This document shows positions 63,841 to 64,000 of a DNA stretch of 64,000 bases, piece after piece. A program made the position numbers and the translations under genes. The notes under the pieces were generated by a model that did not search any database, was not told the DNA's origin, and saw only the letters and a program-made list of their open reading frames with translations. The stretch is taken from the NCBI GenBank assembly GCA_039096225.1, contig JBBPEB010000027.1, positions 1 through 64,000 of the forward strand, given 5' to 3'. Each line of letters begins with the position of its first letter. The stretch's first letter is position 1. The stretch comes from Blastocystis sp. Blastoise. Its lineage: Eukaryota; Protista; Bigyra: Opalinata.

Positions 63841-64000
63841 AAATACTTGATAATTTGTTATCTAACAATTGCATCACAAAGATTGTTATATTCATGTATT
63901 AATTCAATTATATATATCTATTCATTAGAGTTAGAATACTACAGTTAAATAGACTATCTTAATATATCCTATATTTATTTATAATCCATCTCTTTCTAAT

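Overview
Very AT-rich, gene-dense, intron-rich eukaryotic genomic DNA in the standard genetic code (TAA, TAG and TGA all end genes). I reconstruct 20 spliced host protein genes: Rab5, Trf4/TENT4-like nucleotidyltransferase, TFIIB-like, SmB, PAP2 phosphatase, HAD hydrolase, divergent RPL15/RPL10, DHHC palmitoyltransferase, LETM1, U2AF65-like, transportin-SR/importin-13-like, ACBP, SLC17-type MFS, RRM protein, LRR protein, RanBP1, type II PI4-kinase and three unknowns. There is also a complete 5.95-kb hAT (Buster-like) transposon with an intron-containing transposase, and a 2.1-kb non-autonomous TIR element. Short 30-45 nt introns, AT-AC introns, TGTTTG(TT)-like 3' motifs and mitochondrial-type presequences suggest a low-GC Blastocystis-like stramenopile (inference only). 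The most notable signals are: (1) a GC-rich 7-mer, CCGCGGG/YCRCGGG, found repeatedly in exons in all frames and on both strands, and also outside coding sequence; (2) ten introns with non-GT-AG ends where the deviant bases always copy the exon across the junction (either real direct-repeat introns or an RNA-read polishing artefact); (3) three U12-type AT-AC introns; (4) (TA)n tracts at both splice sites together with a U2AF65-like protein lacking RRM2; (5) a tRNA-like Pol III element inside the hAT transposon. All gene models were read by eye, so exon edges in the unknown genes are approximate.
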